DNA from: Antechinus flavipes
Taxonomy: Eukaryota
DNA length: 64,000 nt
Assembly (NCBI RefSeq): GCF_016432865.1
Contig: NC_067401.1
Coordinates: 357,368,001 to 357,432,000, forward strand
Direction: 5' to 3'
Every line of letters starts with the position of its first letter. The stretch's first letter is position 1. The notes under the pieces are model-generated. The model saw only the letters and a program-made list of their open reading frames with translations, made no database searches and was not told where the DNA came from. The translations under genes were made by a program, and so were the position numbers. Below are positions 24,440 through 51,220 of this stretch, piece by piece.

Positions 24440-25240
24440 CTATCCACATGGCTATCAAATAAGGAATACCATGAAAATTCATATAGTAAAAACTTCAGAA
24501 AAGTATTTCAGCAATTTGGAGTATTTTCTTTTCTCGTCAATGACTTGCCTGGTATAATAGAAAGTTAAGCTAATTAATTTAGCTTCTTCAAGGTCAGATG
24601 TGATTATTGGAAGAGCAAGCAAGCCAGTGTTACTCACTGAATCACAGAGTATGGAGGGGTTGGTTAATAAGGTGTTAATAAAGTAGGAAGGGTGTAGATT
24701 ATGAAGGATTTTACAAGTCAAACTGAGGATTTTATATTTTATCTGGAAATCATAGGAAGCCACTGGAGATTATTGAATGTGGAAGGATTGGTCAGACCTA
24801 TATTTTAGGAAGATCACTTGACAGCTGAAAGGAGGATGTATTGGAATGGGGGATTTTGTGACAGGGAGGTCGAAGAGCAGATTATTGTATTAGCCCAGTT
24901 CTGAGGACATGAGATCCTTCTCCAGGGTGGCAACAGTGGAAGAGGAAAAAAGGGAAAATATGCAAGAGATGTTATTGTGGTAAAAATCAACTGGTCTTGG
25001 CAACCAATTGAATATTAAAGGTGAGCAATAGTGAGGAGTCCAAAATGACACCTAAATTGCAAGCCTTTATAATTGGGAGAATAATGCCATCCTCAGCAGT
25101 AATAAGGAAATTAGGAGAGAGAAGGCATTTGGAGGGAAAGATAATGAGATCAGTTTTGGACATATTGAGTTTAAGATATCTACTAAACATGGTTCAAGAT
25201 GTCCATTAGGCAACTGAAGATTTAACACTGGAGGCTTCAT
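24440..25240 (-). mobile_element. L2 LINE remnant
   Basis: Purine-rich antisense L2-like sequence. Other L2 pieces at about 5610-5780, 23050-23570, 33680-33960 and 55170-55500. Confidence 0.55.
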
Positions 25241-25689
25241 TACTTATCATCATGAAAGTTTGGAATACTCTAAGTCACCCAATATATTTCTCAGATTTAG
25301 AGAAGCAGTTTCATCACACTGCCAGGATCATAACTCAATAATATGGCCAAAGTCCAAATGGTCAGTGTTGCAACATTTTTGCCAGACTTTTATAGATATG
25401 GTAGATATAGGTATGAGGACACAAAGAGACATGAGAAAGCAAAGCCTTACTACAAGCCACTGGGTGGTATACGCCTACTTTACCCTACACATAGCATAGA
25501 AAGTGGGTCAAACAGGTTTTAGCATTTTGTTAACATACAACTTGCCATATTTTTCCATAATAGAAAATCTGTTTTGATTCGTAGGAATCAAAAAAATCAC
25601 AAAATTCACTTCAATGACTTATTCATCTTTTCCAGGTCTAAATTTATTCATCATTTTGTGGGAGAATGTATATTTTTTGGGGGAAAAAA

Positions 25690-25880
25690 GCTGTATTAGA
25701 GTAGGGCATCTTATACTCTCAATCCTTTTTTGCTCAGGAAAATGTTACATGACCCCAGGTATATAGGTATATAAATCAAACATTTATTGATGATAAATCA
25801 TAATTTCCCAACTCCCTTAGTCATCCACAAGACCCTATATAGGGTTGTGACCCACAATTTAAAAAGCTGGGCATTAGAGG
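25690..25880. mobile_element. hAT/Charlie-type MITE remnant; a related copy in opposite orientation at about 40-210
   Basis: The two regions are mutual reverse-complement homologues (…ATTTATTATTAGTAAATGTTTGATTT… versus …AAATCAAACATTTATTGATGATAAAT…). Family assignment is from memory. Confidence 0.45.
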
Positions 25881-28599
25881 CCCACTTGTACCTATCAGAG
25901 TCTATCTACTTATGAATGAATTTTTTTCTGATTAAACAAGTTGATGATATCGAACACCTAAATACTACCCAAGTTCCAGTTTGTTGGGAGATTCCAATAG
26001 GAACTAGAAATCATTCCTATAGCCTTTCTTGAGCTGAAAGTAAGTTTATTGCCTTAACAGCAACTAGGATTCTGTGCTTTCACTTTTCTTTTCAGGATAG
26101 GTTATGAATTTGCATTGATCCATTCACAGATTTCCACCCAGTTTATCTTATGGTCAAAGACACACATCTGTGAGATGACTGGTCTTAGTCAATTACAGCA
26201 ACAGAACAAAATAAAAATATTTTATCTATGACTCTTAATCTTCTTAACTTCTATCAAAAGAACCAGCCCTATAAAAAAAAAAAGCTTTCAATTATATATT
26301 TGGACAAAGTTAGGTGAGGTGTAAATTAAGGTCATTTTCCAAAAGCCAGTAATAATGTTTAAAAATATGGTTGTCACTGAGCAATTCCAACCTAATTTCT
26401 AGAATTTAATTTTCCCACATTCGCAGATATTGGTCAGTGAAGAGAATCTAATGATGTAGGACTAGAGATACTTAATATTTCTTCTTATCTCCTAGATGTA
26501 GGCTATATAAGATTTGGTAATCATCTTGGACTCCTAATTATCTCTATACACCATATGCAAGAGTATTTTTTTTAAAGTGTCAGAGTATTTTAGTTCAAAT
26601 CCTGCCCCTGAAAATTATTACCCAAGTCATGTAAATTCCTGGACATCTTTTTTTTTGTTTTGTTTTTGTTTTTTTTCCTGTATTAAAAAGAGATTGAATT
26701 CAATGATTGCTGAAGTCTCTAAATTTATGATCCTATAATCTAGTTTCTAAAAAGTGAGAAGGAGGGGATTTTTATTTTAAGAATCAGGTTTCATATATAT
26801 ATATATATGCAAAACATAGGGAATAATCAAGACACCTGTCAATGCTTTTTTTCTGAATAGATGATTTAAGTCTTTAATCTGTCATTGAAATCAATAATCA
26901 GATAAAATATTTAACACACATAGTTATCATTAATTGGAGATCCTCTATATTCTACATGGTGTTCTACTAGTCTTTTTAAAACATTCTTAACTTCCACCTT
27001 CTACCCCTGCAGAACTCTGACATTTTTCTTTAGACTGATAGATAGACTTAGCAAAACTAGTGGAACAGAGAACCACTGTTCATTTGTTCAGGTTTACCTT
27101 TAAAACCCACTGGATCAGATATTTGCCTTAGGAGTTGTGAGGTCAGATCTGTTTAACTTTGCAAATAACAGGGTTGGCACAGAACACACATGGATTCTAT
27201 TTGACTCATATGGAGGCAATGTTCTCACAGTCACTGCTGCAATAAGGAAGCTCATCTATCACTCATGTCCTTGACACTTTTAATCTACCTCATCCTTACT
27301 CCACCATGAGAAGATCAGCTTTTCTGGGTGGTAGGACTCTTCTGAATAAAACTAGAAGCACCTAAAGAATTATTCTGAATCTTAAAGAATCACTAGATTG
27401 AGAAATTTTATCTTAATTGTGTTCATTTTTAATCCAAGAGCTACTGTATCTGGCTTCCCCCAAATCATTTGTTGGATAGTGTCATAGACTAATGAATGAT
27501 AATAGGGTATTTGTGCTAATCAAAATTGTCACTTAAAGGCTGAATTCAGTGAAGTCATACAAATTAGTGGTTGCTTTCTACTTCCTTGTAAAAAGAATTA
27601 ATTCAATTAACTCTACCAAATTGAACTGACATACATTCAGAGCAGTTATGTCGATCATGATGAGCACCTCAACTAAACCAGACCTGTCAATCCCTTCATC
27701 CATTTTTAATATGGCCAAAATGATTAATTTAGTCATTTCACTTGTGTAGATCCAGCTTTGGTCTCAGTGAATCATATTCTGTTGTGTATGCTGATATTTG
27801 TCAGTAGACATTTATCAAACCAAATGATATCTGCTGTCTTTTGTGAGTGGATAGGCTATGTAAGTAGGCAAGTCATACTTTCTGTGCTTAAGCATCCCAA
27901 TCTGTAAAATGGAGATAAAAATCCTTCTAGTACTTCACCCCACCCTTCACCCCCCACATAGCTGGTATAATATAAATTGCTTTAGGGTAGAGATGGTAGT
28001 TTTTAATTGGATTAAGAGAGCGGTAGTCTTGTGATTAGGGAAATCTATATTCAGCTCCTTTCTATGAAACATATATTTGTATGACCATTGTAGTTAACCT
28101 CTTGGCTCCCACAGCAGCTCTTTAAGACTCATTGTTAGAACCTTTAAAAACTTATAAGGGGGGAAAGTCTTTGTATCAAATATTTTTAAAATTCTAACAA
28201 TAAGGTTTTAATAATAAAATTCTAAAAACTCTAAGGTTCTAATTGTCTAATTGACATAAATTAAAATTCTTAAATAAAGGATGAATAAGCATTTCTTAAA
28301 AGAAAAAAATGAAAATTAAAAAACCTATATGAATAAAATAAATGCTCTAAATAACTAATAAAGAATTGAATGAAAAACATTTATGATGTGTTTAATTATT
28401 TGACAAGCATTATGCTAAAAAATAAAAACAGTCCTTGACTTCAAGGAAAGATTTACATTCTAATAAAGGGAGACACTATTAATAGGTAGTCAAGGAGGGA
28501 TATTTTGATTTAGAAAGTCACAAGGATGATAAATGAAACTAAAGGATAGTTTGATAAATCCTTTCCAAGAGCAATTAAAGAATTGGTTTAAATAGAACT

Positions 28600-29100
28600 G
28601 GAAGAGAGAAAGAAGATAACAAAAAATGAGAACAATCAATGTTAGAAATTTGTGGGGAAATAGGCATATTAATGCATAGTTGGTGAGCTGTGAATTGGCT
28701 CAAATATTTTAGAACAAAATTTAGTGTTATATGAAGAAAGTGACCATAATGCTCACCATACCTTTTGATCCAGAAATCTCACAGAAGTTAATGACAAAAA
28801 AAAGTTCCCATATTCAACAAAGTTTACAATGGCATATTTTGTGATAGTGAGGAAAAAGAAACAAAATAGGCTCAATCTGCTTGGAGAACAGCTAAACAAA
28901 ACAGAAATTTAACAAAATATTACTGTGTTGTTAAAAAGAGATGAAAATAAATATAGAAAAACATCAAAAGACATGAATTGATACAAAGTAAATAAATAAA
29001 TATGTAACTAACAAAGAAATATGTATAATTACTATAATAATAGGAAAATATGGACAAATAGAAAAAATAAAAACAAAAACAACAACAATAAATTTCAACT
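28600..29100 (+). mobile_element. Old L1 ORF2 3' fragment
   Basis: Degenerate match to the L1 3' ORF2 seen in younger copies here (e.g. CATACCTTTTGATCCAG). Further fragments at about 30000-30230 and 30640-30905. Confidence 0.55.
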
Positions 29101-32100
29101 GAATTTTGTGAAATGATAGTGGGCTTTTAGAGGCTTGATCTCAGTACCCTATTAGTTCAGTTTAATTTTGAGATGAAATGATACACACAGTTATTAAATA
29201 GACAACAAAAGGTTTACTTAGTCCTAAAATAACAAGGATGCAGAAGTTCTTGGCTTCTATAACCAGTCAATAGGATAGAATATGTTGACTTATAAAAGTC
29301 TTGGAACATTCACTGAGTTAGAAGGGCTCCAGCTCCACTTGTCTGGGACTTTTATGCTCTTGAATGGTAAGGAAATTTCATCAAAGAAGCCAGGGATGAA
29401 TCAAGTCCCAGAGACTGTTTTGTTGCAGGTGGAAGAGAGAATCGTGGTAAATCTTTCCTAGTACAATGGCCAAGCTTTGCCCCAGAGAAGAAATGTGAGG
29501 AGGCACTGCCCTTCCCATCTTTGAAGATTTGGAGGGTCATGAATATACAACACAATAGATAATGCTAGAATATTTCAAAATGCTGGTAAGTTATATTAAA
29601 CTACTTCCTATCCCTCTTCACCATTTTATTCTTTGTTACAATAGCTTTCTAGAGATAATTTAAAATATCTCAATAAAACTTAGTTTTTCAAATTATGCTG
29701 CACTATTAAGTATTAAATGCCCTGAAGTAATATAAAAATTTTTAAAGTAATTTTGTCTTAAGGCCCCTAAGTACACAGTCTACTAGTTCTGGTAGCAAAA
29801 ATAAGATATATTGCACCTTAACTGGAAGGTTATCATGATATCAAACTAAGCAAGGTACTAGACCTGGGAATCTCTAAGACAAGAATTTCATTGGTTTCTC
29901 AGAGTTGGAATTTGGAATTCAGGAGCAGGAGTATTTAAATAAGCTCCTTCTCTCAAGATCTTCTTTAAGAGTGTTCCCTAAAATACCAAGTTCCAAATGG
30001 AAACATGACTCAAATATAAAAGGTCATATCAAAAACCAATTATATAACTAAGGAAGAAAGTTCCCTTCTGATCCATGGATAGGAAGAGTTCATAATGAAG
30101 CATAAAATAGAGAGATAAAATAAACAATTTTGATTGTATAAAATTTAAGGTTTTTACACAAATCAGTGTGTTTAATTTTTTTTAAAGAGTTAACTAGGAA
30201 AAAAAGATCTTTACAGCATTCCTCTGATATAATGCTAGTAATAACAATGTTGTTGTTCAGTTATTTCCAATTCTGTGACCTGGTTTGGGTTGGGTTCTTT
30301 GTTTTCTTTTGATTGGGATTTATTTGTTTGTGTTGACAAAGATAATAGAATAACCTGTCATTTCCTTTTTCAGAAACCAAGGTAAAAAAGGTTAAGTGAC
30401 TTGCCCAGGGTAACACTACTAGTAAGTGTCTGAAGTCTTCCTGACTACAGGGATGGTATTCTTTCCATTGTGCTATATAGCTGCCCCAGTAACAATAATA
30501 ATAATAACAACAACAACAACAATAGCTAGCACTTCTATAGCTATTGTTTATGCTGGGCACTTGATCCTGTTTGTTTCAGTTGTTAGAGAAAAGAGAAATG
30601 TTGGAGGGGCAACAGGAAAATGGGAAAAAATGAATTCTTGAGGGATCTGTGAATTGGTCTTGTCATTCTAGAACGCAATTAGAATTATGTCCCAAAAATC
30701 ATTAAACTGAACACACCTTTCAACCTAATGATATGCCCCCAAAGAAAGGAGTAAAAGATCAATATGTACAGAAATATTTATAATAGTTCTTTTTATAGTG
30801 GCAAAAAAACTACAAATTAAAAGGGTCTCCATCAACTGGGAAATGGATGAACAAATTATGATATATCAGTAAAGTAGAATATTATTGTGTTATAAGAAAT
30901 GATGGGTAATTTTAGTTCACTTATCTAACCATGCTGCCTCTGTTAGAGAGAAAAGGCAAATATATATATATCCTTATGATGAAGAGAATGGCTGACAGAA
31001 CCAGGGCACTAGAATCTTGGCTATAAAATAATAGAAGATGAACTAATCTATTTTACCCTCCAGTGAAAATGCTATAGTGGAAAAATAAAAGAAGACATAA
31101 GATATAAATTTATAGTTAACAAGTTAACAAACATTTATTTAAGTGCTTTCTTTGTACCATTTATTTTTATTAAGCTCTGAGAATACAAATGCAAGCAAAA
31201 AGAAAGATAGTACCTTTCCTTGAGGAACTTACATTCTAATGAGGGAAGACCACACATAATAAGGAATTTAAAAGTGAAGTGAGGAGGAAAAGATACCAGA
31301 GAAGCAAACAGAGAAGTCTTCTTGTCAGAAGAGGATCCATAGAGAAGGAATAAAGGTGTGAAGAAAATGGAGGTTTCAGGAAGAATTCAGCTAAAGGTAA
31401 GCCTTTAAATTGGATCTCTTCATAGTTCTCACTTAAGCAATTTTATGTGACTGGTCACTTTTATCAAGACCAACCTCTTCTCCACACCTCTCCCAAAATT
31501 CTATGAATTGTTCTAATTACAACCATCAATGAATGTTTATTAGTTGTTTCCAAAGCCTTAAATGTGAGTATGTAACAGATTAAGGTTATCATATGGCATG
31601 TTTCATCCCTGCTTTTAACAAACCTTTTCGCAAAACACAAATCAAAATTTGTTAAAATACAAAATAAAAATGGGATTAATTCAGAACTGTATAGACCTTT
31701 TAAGAATAATGTCTATCTTAAGACTAAGATTTGCAAAGTGATTAAAATGTTATTCTTTTGATCCCTTCAATAAACCAGAGAAATAGGTACTATTATTATT
31801 TTCATTTATTATCCTCATTTTCAGATGAGGAAAGTGATGCAGAAGGATGTTGAATGATTTGCCCAGTCACAGAGTGGGCAAGTGCTAGGGAATTTAGATT
31901 TAGGTATCCTAATGCAAAATCCCAAATTACAGTCACTTGAACACAGCTTCAAAAAAAAAAAAAAACAGTAATGTAAAACCATATTATAATGATATTCTGA
32001 ATTCTTAACAAACTTGTTTATAAAGTATGTTTCCACAGGTTTTTCTACACTGTGACCTTTAAGCAATTCATTTACTCTCTCTGTGCCTCAATATCCTCAT

Positions 32101-34129
32101 CTGTAACATGAGAAAATGGATATAAATGGTCCCTAAGACACATCCAGTGATATAATTCAACACCTTTAATTCAAATGTGGCTTCAAATAATCACTAGCTG
32201 GGCAACCCCAGGCAAGACACTTCACCATGTTTGCCTTAGTTCCCCACCTGTAAAATAAGTTAGAGATGGAAATATCAAACCATCTAGTATCTTCGTCAAG
32301 AAAACTACAAATGAGGTCATGAAGGATTTGACATGACTAAAATGACTGACAATATTCATATATTTATACACACACACATTCAAAGGAAATATTAAAAAAA
32401 AAACGTAACAGTAATGTACTATTTGTTCTTCACAAAATGAGAGAGTGAAAAATAATTTAACAAAGGAGACCCATTGCCAGAAAACTAGAGGTTAGCTGTG
32501 ATTTGAAATATAGATGATAGTAATGTAAAGAAATCTTTAAAATAAAATTTAGATCAAGAATTCTTCTTCCATGATTGCACGTAATATTTATTTAACATTA
32601 CTTCCTGTTTTTTTTTTTCAGGTCAATTGTCCATCAATTACTCAGGTTCAAGGGGTTCCACTTGTATTCCATGTATTTTTCCTTATGAGAAAATTCTCCT
32701 ACATGGGTGGGAAGTGGCATTCCTTTCCAACAACTTGGCTCTAAGAGTACAGTCCACAGAAGAGACTTGGATAGAGATCTTGGTTACTGTCAGAAAGCAG
32801 GATTAAATTATTTCCCTTGAAAATATGCCATTCTTGATGCAATTTATGCTCATGATAACATAGACCTTTAAATTAAAAGTAATGAGGGTATGCTTCAATT
32901 TTCTTAATGGTAAAATAAAAAGAGAAAATTAGTTGACTTCTAAAGTCTGTTCCAGCCCATGTTGGGACTACTTTCTCCACATACTTTCCTCTTTATCTAA
33001 TCTCCAAATACAAGAAGCAGCTGACCAGCAGCTCTTTATCATCTCCTGAATCAAATATAAAGTCACTGAAGATTGTTGGAGGTAAGCATTAATCTTCTCT
33101 GGAAGAAGGTACCCTATACTTTCCATTTGGTTTCCAGAGCTGCACATGCTCTATCTCATTGGTGAGTCCCTTATTATATTTACTGTGTGTATAGCAGTGA
33201 TTTGCATGCTATAAAGAGGATGTGATGGAAAGAATGCTAGATGACAAGTCAGAAGGTCTGGATTAAAATTCTGACTCTGTCACTTACTATTTGTGTGACC
33301 TTGGTAAAGCTGCCTTACACCAAAGCTTCAGTTTCTTTATCTGTAAGTTAAGGTAATTTAACTGATCTCTAAGATTTGTTCTGACTCTAAATCTCTGAAT
33401 TATAAAACAAAATAAAAGTAGTACCTGCCTTCAAGAAACTTACTTTCTATTGGAGTGCTGAGGTAGACTATTTTAAAAACATTTTCTATCACTTTCATTA
33501 TTTCTTCCTTACCTTTACTTTTTACTTTTACCACCCTTGAATTTTTCCCTCTTGTAGGTCTAATCTTCTTTCTCACATTCCTTTTCTAGTCAACTTTTCT
33601 GTGTAGTCTGGAAACCCTTACAACTTATTCTTGCTAGTATCTTAATCTACATAGATCATCGCAGGTATTGAGAAGAAGACATCTAAAGGCAATTAAAAGT
33701 TTTGAAGACCTACAAACTCAAGAAGTGCCTTCTTTAAAGGGATTGACTAGACTAAGGGACCAAGGATGGGAGGGTAAGGAGAGATATACAGGGAGGGTTA
33801 CTAGGAAAGAAAGAATACCCTCAGCAGAAAATGCTTTAGCACAGTTACATCAAAGTGCAAGGTGAGTAAAAAGATTCAAAGATTAGACAAGAGAGGTTCC
33901 AAAATTCTGGATAGATTGGGACATGGCAATAGGCACAAAGAAGATAGGGGATGGGGAGGAAGCTTCTAAGAAGACCATTTTAATATAACCTCTTAGGATA
34001 TATTCTTCTCTCCTGAGTTATGCATTTTGTCATTCAAAACCAAGATGGGCTAGGCTCTTATTGGCACAAGACCTAAGAGCTGGAATTGGAATTAGAAACA
34101 CTTAGATTTGAAAACTACTTCAATTACTT

Positions 34130-34750
34130 GATTTTGGGCTGCTGTTATGTGGTTGTTGTTGTTTTTCCATTTACCTTGTTGTCATTGTGTATATCGGTTT
34201 CTTGGCTCTGCATACTTCACTACAGTTGAAGTCTTTGCAAACATCTTTTTATACATTATATTCATCATGTCATTTCCTACAGTACAGCAATAATCCATTA
34301 CCTTAGCATACCATGTTTTGTTTAATCCTTCCTCAATTGATAGACATCTATTTTGTTTCTAATTTTTTGCCATCACAAAAAGTGCTATATATAGGGACTT
34401 TTCTTCTTATCAGTGACTTTAATGGGGTATAAGCCTAGAAATTGAATCTTTTGATCAAAGAGTATGGATATTTTAATCACTTTATTTGCAAAATTCCTAA
34501 TTGTTTTCCAGAATGATTGTATTGATTCACACATCCATTAACAAGGCACTAGTGGGTCTATCTTCCAAAAACTTCAACTTTATTCTCATCTTTTGTCAAA
34601 TTGGCAAAATGTTTTTGTCAACCTCAGAATTGTTTTGGTTCCCACATTTCTTGCAGTATTTTTAATGATTGTTATTCATTTGTAATAATTGTTTGTGAAC
34701 CTTTTGTCAGATCCCTTTAACTATTAATCTATTGAAATATGGCTTCAATA
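34130..34750 (-). mobile_element. Old L1 3' fragment
   Basis: Degenerate version of the antisense L1 3' region seen at 11.5-12.0 kb. Confidence 0.6.
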
Positions 34751-37581
34751 TGCATATTGTATATGAAGTATGCATAACTGTATAATAGATAGATATGTGT
34801 CTATATATATACATAAAACACATAGGTGTGTAGTTTACATGTCTTACATATCAACTCTTAGCAGAGGAACTTAAAACATACAAAGATTTTTTTCCATATT
34901 GGAACAAATGGATGGGATATGTAGAAGGGGAGTTTGAAGAGATGGCATGGATGAATGGAGGATTTTTAAAAATGAAGTATGCTTGAGTATGTTCATTGGA
35001 ATAGGCAACATATTTATACACATTATACATCTCTCCAGGAATCTTTTGTGACCTGCAATTCTTTTTCTTCAAAAATCTCAGTATAAAAAATTATAATTGT
35101 TTATTATTAAGCCTGTTTCAATCACTTACTATGTGACTGTGGACAATAATAAGGATAATAATAATAATAATAACAAATATTCATACAATGTCTTATGTTT
35201 TGCATTATGATTTATATATTTCATTTGATTGTCACAAAAGTCCTATGAGGTAGTGCTATTGTTATCACCATAAAAGAGAAATAAGATGAGAAAATTGAAG
35301 TTGATTAGCATAACATTGAAGATCCTTCTTAGTCTTACTTCAGACTATCTGGACTACTCAACATTCCCAAATACAAAAATTCAACAGCAGTGAATATTGG
35401 ATAGAGTGAGGAGATTTTAGATTTTGGGTCAGGAGCTTTTAGATTCATAGTATGCCTCTGATATATCCTGGCTTATATTAATTGATCCTATAGGCTGTTC
35501 ATTTGGACAATAGGCATTTTTTATCTTGTACACATAATTGGGTTCAACACTTTTGAGTGAGCATGTATCTCATTGAAGATCAACAAATTCTTGAATTTTA
35601 GTGACAGGATGTTATTACCATTTCATGACTAAGTTCCCAATAAGCAGTCTACTTGGGGAAAAGACTTAGATACCAATAAATGAGAAATCTTAGCTCATTG
35701 ACTGACAAAACAAATGATTCTGAAATAGCTTAACCTACTTTCTGTAACAGCTAAATATATTCTTGAATAATGCCAGAGGATGGTAATACTTTGGTCAGGC
35801 TTAAGAAACATGAGAAAGAAAAGGGAGGTTATGACTACAAAAGATAATAGTGAGTTCCACTGAACTCCCAGTTATTTCATGAAGATAAGTTTAAAAGTCC
35901 CTTAATAAGAGTAGTAGGGAGTTTTAGACAATTTATATGTTGGATGCTTCCACCACAAACTCATCTCATTAACCCTTGACATAAGAATCATATCTTGTTC
36001 CCTTGTACCAGATGCATAGCAACAAATTTGTACTGCTTATTTTTTTTTTAAGTTTTAATACTTTTCACATTGGGAAATCAATCTAATGATGAATTAGGTA
36101 GTAAGAATAAAGATGTCACTGCTCGTAACTGTGCAGTAACAGGATGTTTTCCCCCATCCACTACCACAAATTATTGTGGAGTATGGAAAGGTAGAGAAAG
36201 AGAGCTGGCAGCTATTGCTAGTTTCTCTCATCAAATTACTTAGTGTACAATCCAAATAAGGGTCAAATCAAATCAAAACAATTTATGGTAAACCTTGTAT
36301 GTGAAAGGCATTGTTCTAATAGGAATAACAAAGTGCCAAAAAGATGAAAGGTACTGTGCTAGGTATTGAGGATACAGATATATAAGCACAGGACCTTTCA
36401 TTTTTCACCAATGCCTTTTCATAATTGTAATACTATTTATCTGCCTCACATCTTGGATGGATTTATTAATATGACCAAATAGGGAAACTAATGCCCAGAA
36501 TAATGATAACTAATTCTGTATCATACCTATGTGACTAGAATCCTATTATTGAGGGATCTGAGAATACCATTCTGTGACCCATTGCTTTAAAACAAAACTG
36601 CTGTTTGAGGCTTTCCAAAATGTATCTTTCATTCAATGTCGTCCAAAGGGGGAAAAAAATGGATCAATCAGAAACCTACATCATAAGTGGTGCAAAATGA
36701 TGTATAATGTTGTATTCCCTTCTGAAGTATCTCAAACTGATTAAATAGATCACACTTCCAAACCAAACTTCATGAAAGAAAAAAAAAAATGCTAAACTAA
36801 AAGATGACAAAAAAAAAGATTAGTGTTCTTATTTTCACAAAGTGCAAAATAACATTTAAAAATTATTTTACTAAACTTGAAAATGCTTAACTTATTTTAA
36901 AATACATGTTATACATGATTAAATACAGTTTCTATTAAAAGAGACAGCTATAAAAGGATTTATACATTCACTGTACATTTTCACAAAATAGAAGCCACCA
37001 GATCTCCAAATTTACAAGAAGTTGACAAAGCGTATCATTCTTTGCCGAACAATGGATTTTGGTCCTATAAACTTCTTAAAAATGTGTACTGACCAGTTTT
37101 ATTCTGCATTGTTTTCTTGCATTAGGATAAAGACAGAAGATACTTTTAATTTTTTTTATCTCTCCATTGCATTTTCTTCTAATGACAGAATTTTAAAATT
37201 AAAATATAATACAGAGGTCCATGTTAGAAAGGAGGTTAAAATTAAAACTAGTAAACTTCATAATCCAGCTTCACATTCACCTCTCAGTAACTTTAATTGT
37301 GTCCTGTGCATAATTGGTCTAATACCCACATTGGCTCATGCTATGATGTGCAAAACAATTACAATGTGAACTAAAATAGGAGACTTGAAATAAAATTAAA
37401 TATTACAAAGAACTTTGCTTCCTTTATCTTCTAATGATTCAAAGCTGCTTGAAATGCTGAATGGGGAGTTGTCTGAAAGTATCTTATGACCCTCTGCAAT
37501 CAAATAGCAGAACTCACCTTAAAAGGTGAGAAATTAGATTTACATAATAACAACTAGAGCAGCCAAAATTTGCATATTGCC

Positions 37582-37587
37582 TTTATT
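37582..37587 (-). terminator. Candidate TBXT polyadenylation signal AATAAA (3' UTR about 0.8 kb); a second candidate lies at 37098-37103
   Basis: Plus-strand TTTATT equals minus-strand AATAAA, followed by a U/GU-rich stretch. No transcript data are available to choose between the candidates. Confidence 0.4.
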
Positions 37588-38370
37588 TAGCAGGAAATAT
37601 TTCCGGCTGATTGTCTTTGATTTTTTTTTTTTAGTAGAAAAGGGAATATAAGCATACAGTTGTGGCATAATCTAACTATACAAATAATTGCAAATGCTTA
37701 AAATAATAACACTCTAGTGGACTGAGAATTCCCAAATTTTGCAGTTCAACTAAATCTTGTGCAATTCTAATATTGTTTCCAACTATCAATTTACTCTGTC
37801 TTTAAACAGCTCAACTACCATTATGTTCACTGATATACAAAGTGACCTGGAAATTGATACAAAATAACACTGATTTTTCTTTTTAACTAAATGGAAAAGA
37901 ACAGTTCATTTAAAGAGGAACAAGTATACTTAAATACCTCACTGACTAAAGATCAATGGTGAACTGATATGGGAATTGTTATGTTTGTTGTCCAGATTTT
38001 GTTAGCAAATATGGAGTGGAATCTTGTGTCCATGAAGTTTCTGAGTCCCAGTCAAACAAACCTAGGTAAAAGTGGGATGGTTAGTATGTTTGTCCTAAAT
38101 CCAATTCCCCATGACAGGAAAAGAAGTCCAAGTCCAAGCCCAAGTCTGAGTTGCTGCTCCTCTTTCCCAGAATTGAGGACTTCATACTCTTGATAAAACA
38201 GCAATCTGGCTTTCATTCCTTTTAAATGTAGTCCAGCATTCTTTCTACCCCTTTTATTTCCTGAACCATTAAGAAAGACCTTTAGGAGTAGACCAAATCA
38301 GCCCATGGGAATCAAGAGGAAACAACAACAGAAAGTCTGTGCAACTTTTTTTTTTTTTAAGTGTCTCTAT

Positions 38371-50832
<12,462 letters not shown>

Positions 50833-51129
50833 CCTCTCACTCTCTGCCCCCCCCTCCCCCACCCCCACCCCTCCCCCACCCCGCAACGGTCCAACTCACT
50901 CTCCGAGAGCCACTTTCAGCTATACCAGGTTGTCACTTTTGCAAGAAAACTCAGAGCTGGAAGGAGCTGCGAAGTCTCCCAGCGCACAGCTACAAACTTG
51001 GAAGGGAGTGGGTAGATAGAAATTGGGGGAGGGGGTCAGGGAAAAGGGGAGGGGGAAATAAGTGAATTCCACTTGAACTCTCGGTACGTGAGACAGAAAC
51101 TGGTCTTAGGAGTAGTAATTATGCCCCCC

Positions 51130-51136
51130 ATAAATA
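51130..51136 (-). promoter_or_regulatory. TATA-like box (TATTTAT) of the TBXT promoter; predicted TSS about 51100-51105
   Basis: Minus strand reads GCTCTATTTATGGGGGG, just downstream of the CCAAT and TCF motifs and about 300 nt upstream of the ATG. Confidence 0.7.
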
Positions 51137-51172
51137 GAGCCCATGTGGCCCTGGGAAGAAGGAACATGCCTG

Positions 51173-51220
51173 ATTGGACAGGAGCACCCTTTGATGTGCT
51201 TGGCCCTGGGGACCGATTGG
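51173..51220 (-). promoter_or_regulatory. Proximal promoter module: CCAAT (51173-51177), TCF/LEF site CTTTGATG (51189-51196), CCAAT (51216-51220)
   Basis: Motifs are directly visible. Wnt/beta-catenin control of mouse T through proximal TCF/LEF sites is established. A degenerate second site, CCTGTGATGTT, lies at about 51258-51268. Confidence 0.8.

Noticed and set aside
50833-50886. 18-aa N-terminal extension of TBXT in the ORF track
   Set aside because: It starts at a TTG in weak context and simply translates the G-rich UTR; the ATG at 50832 matches the known N-terminus.
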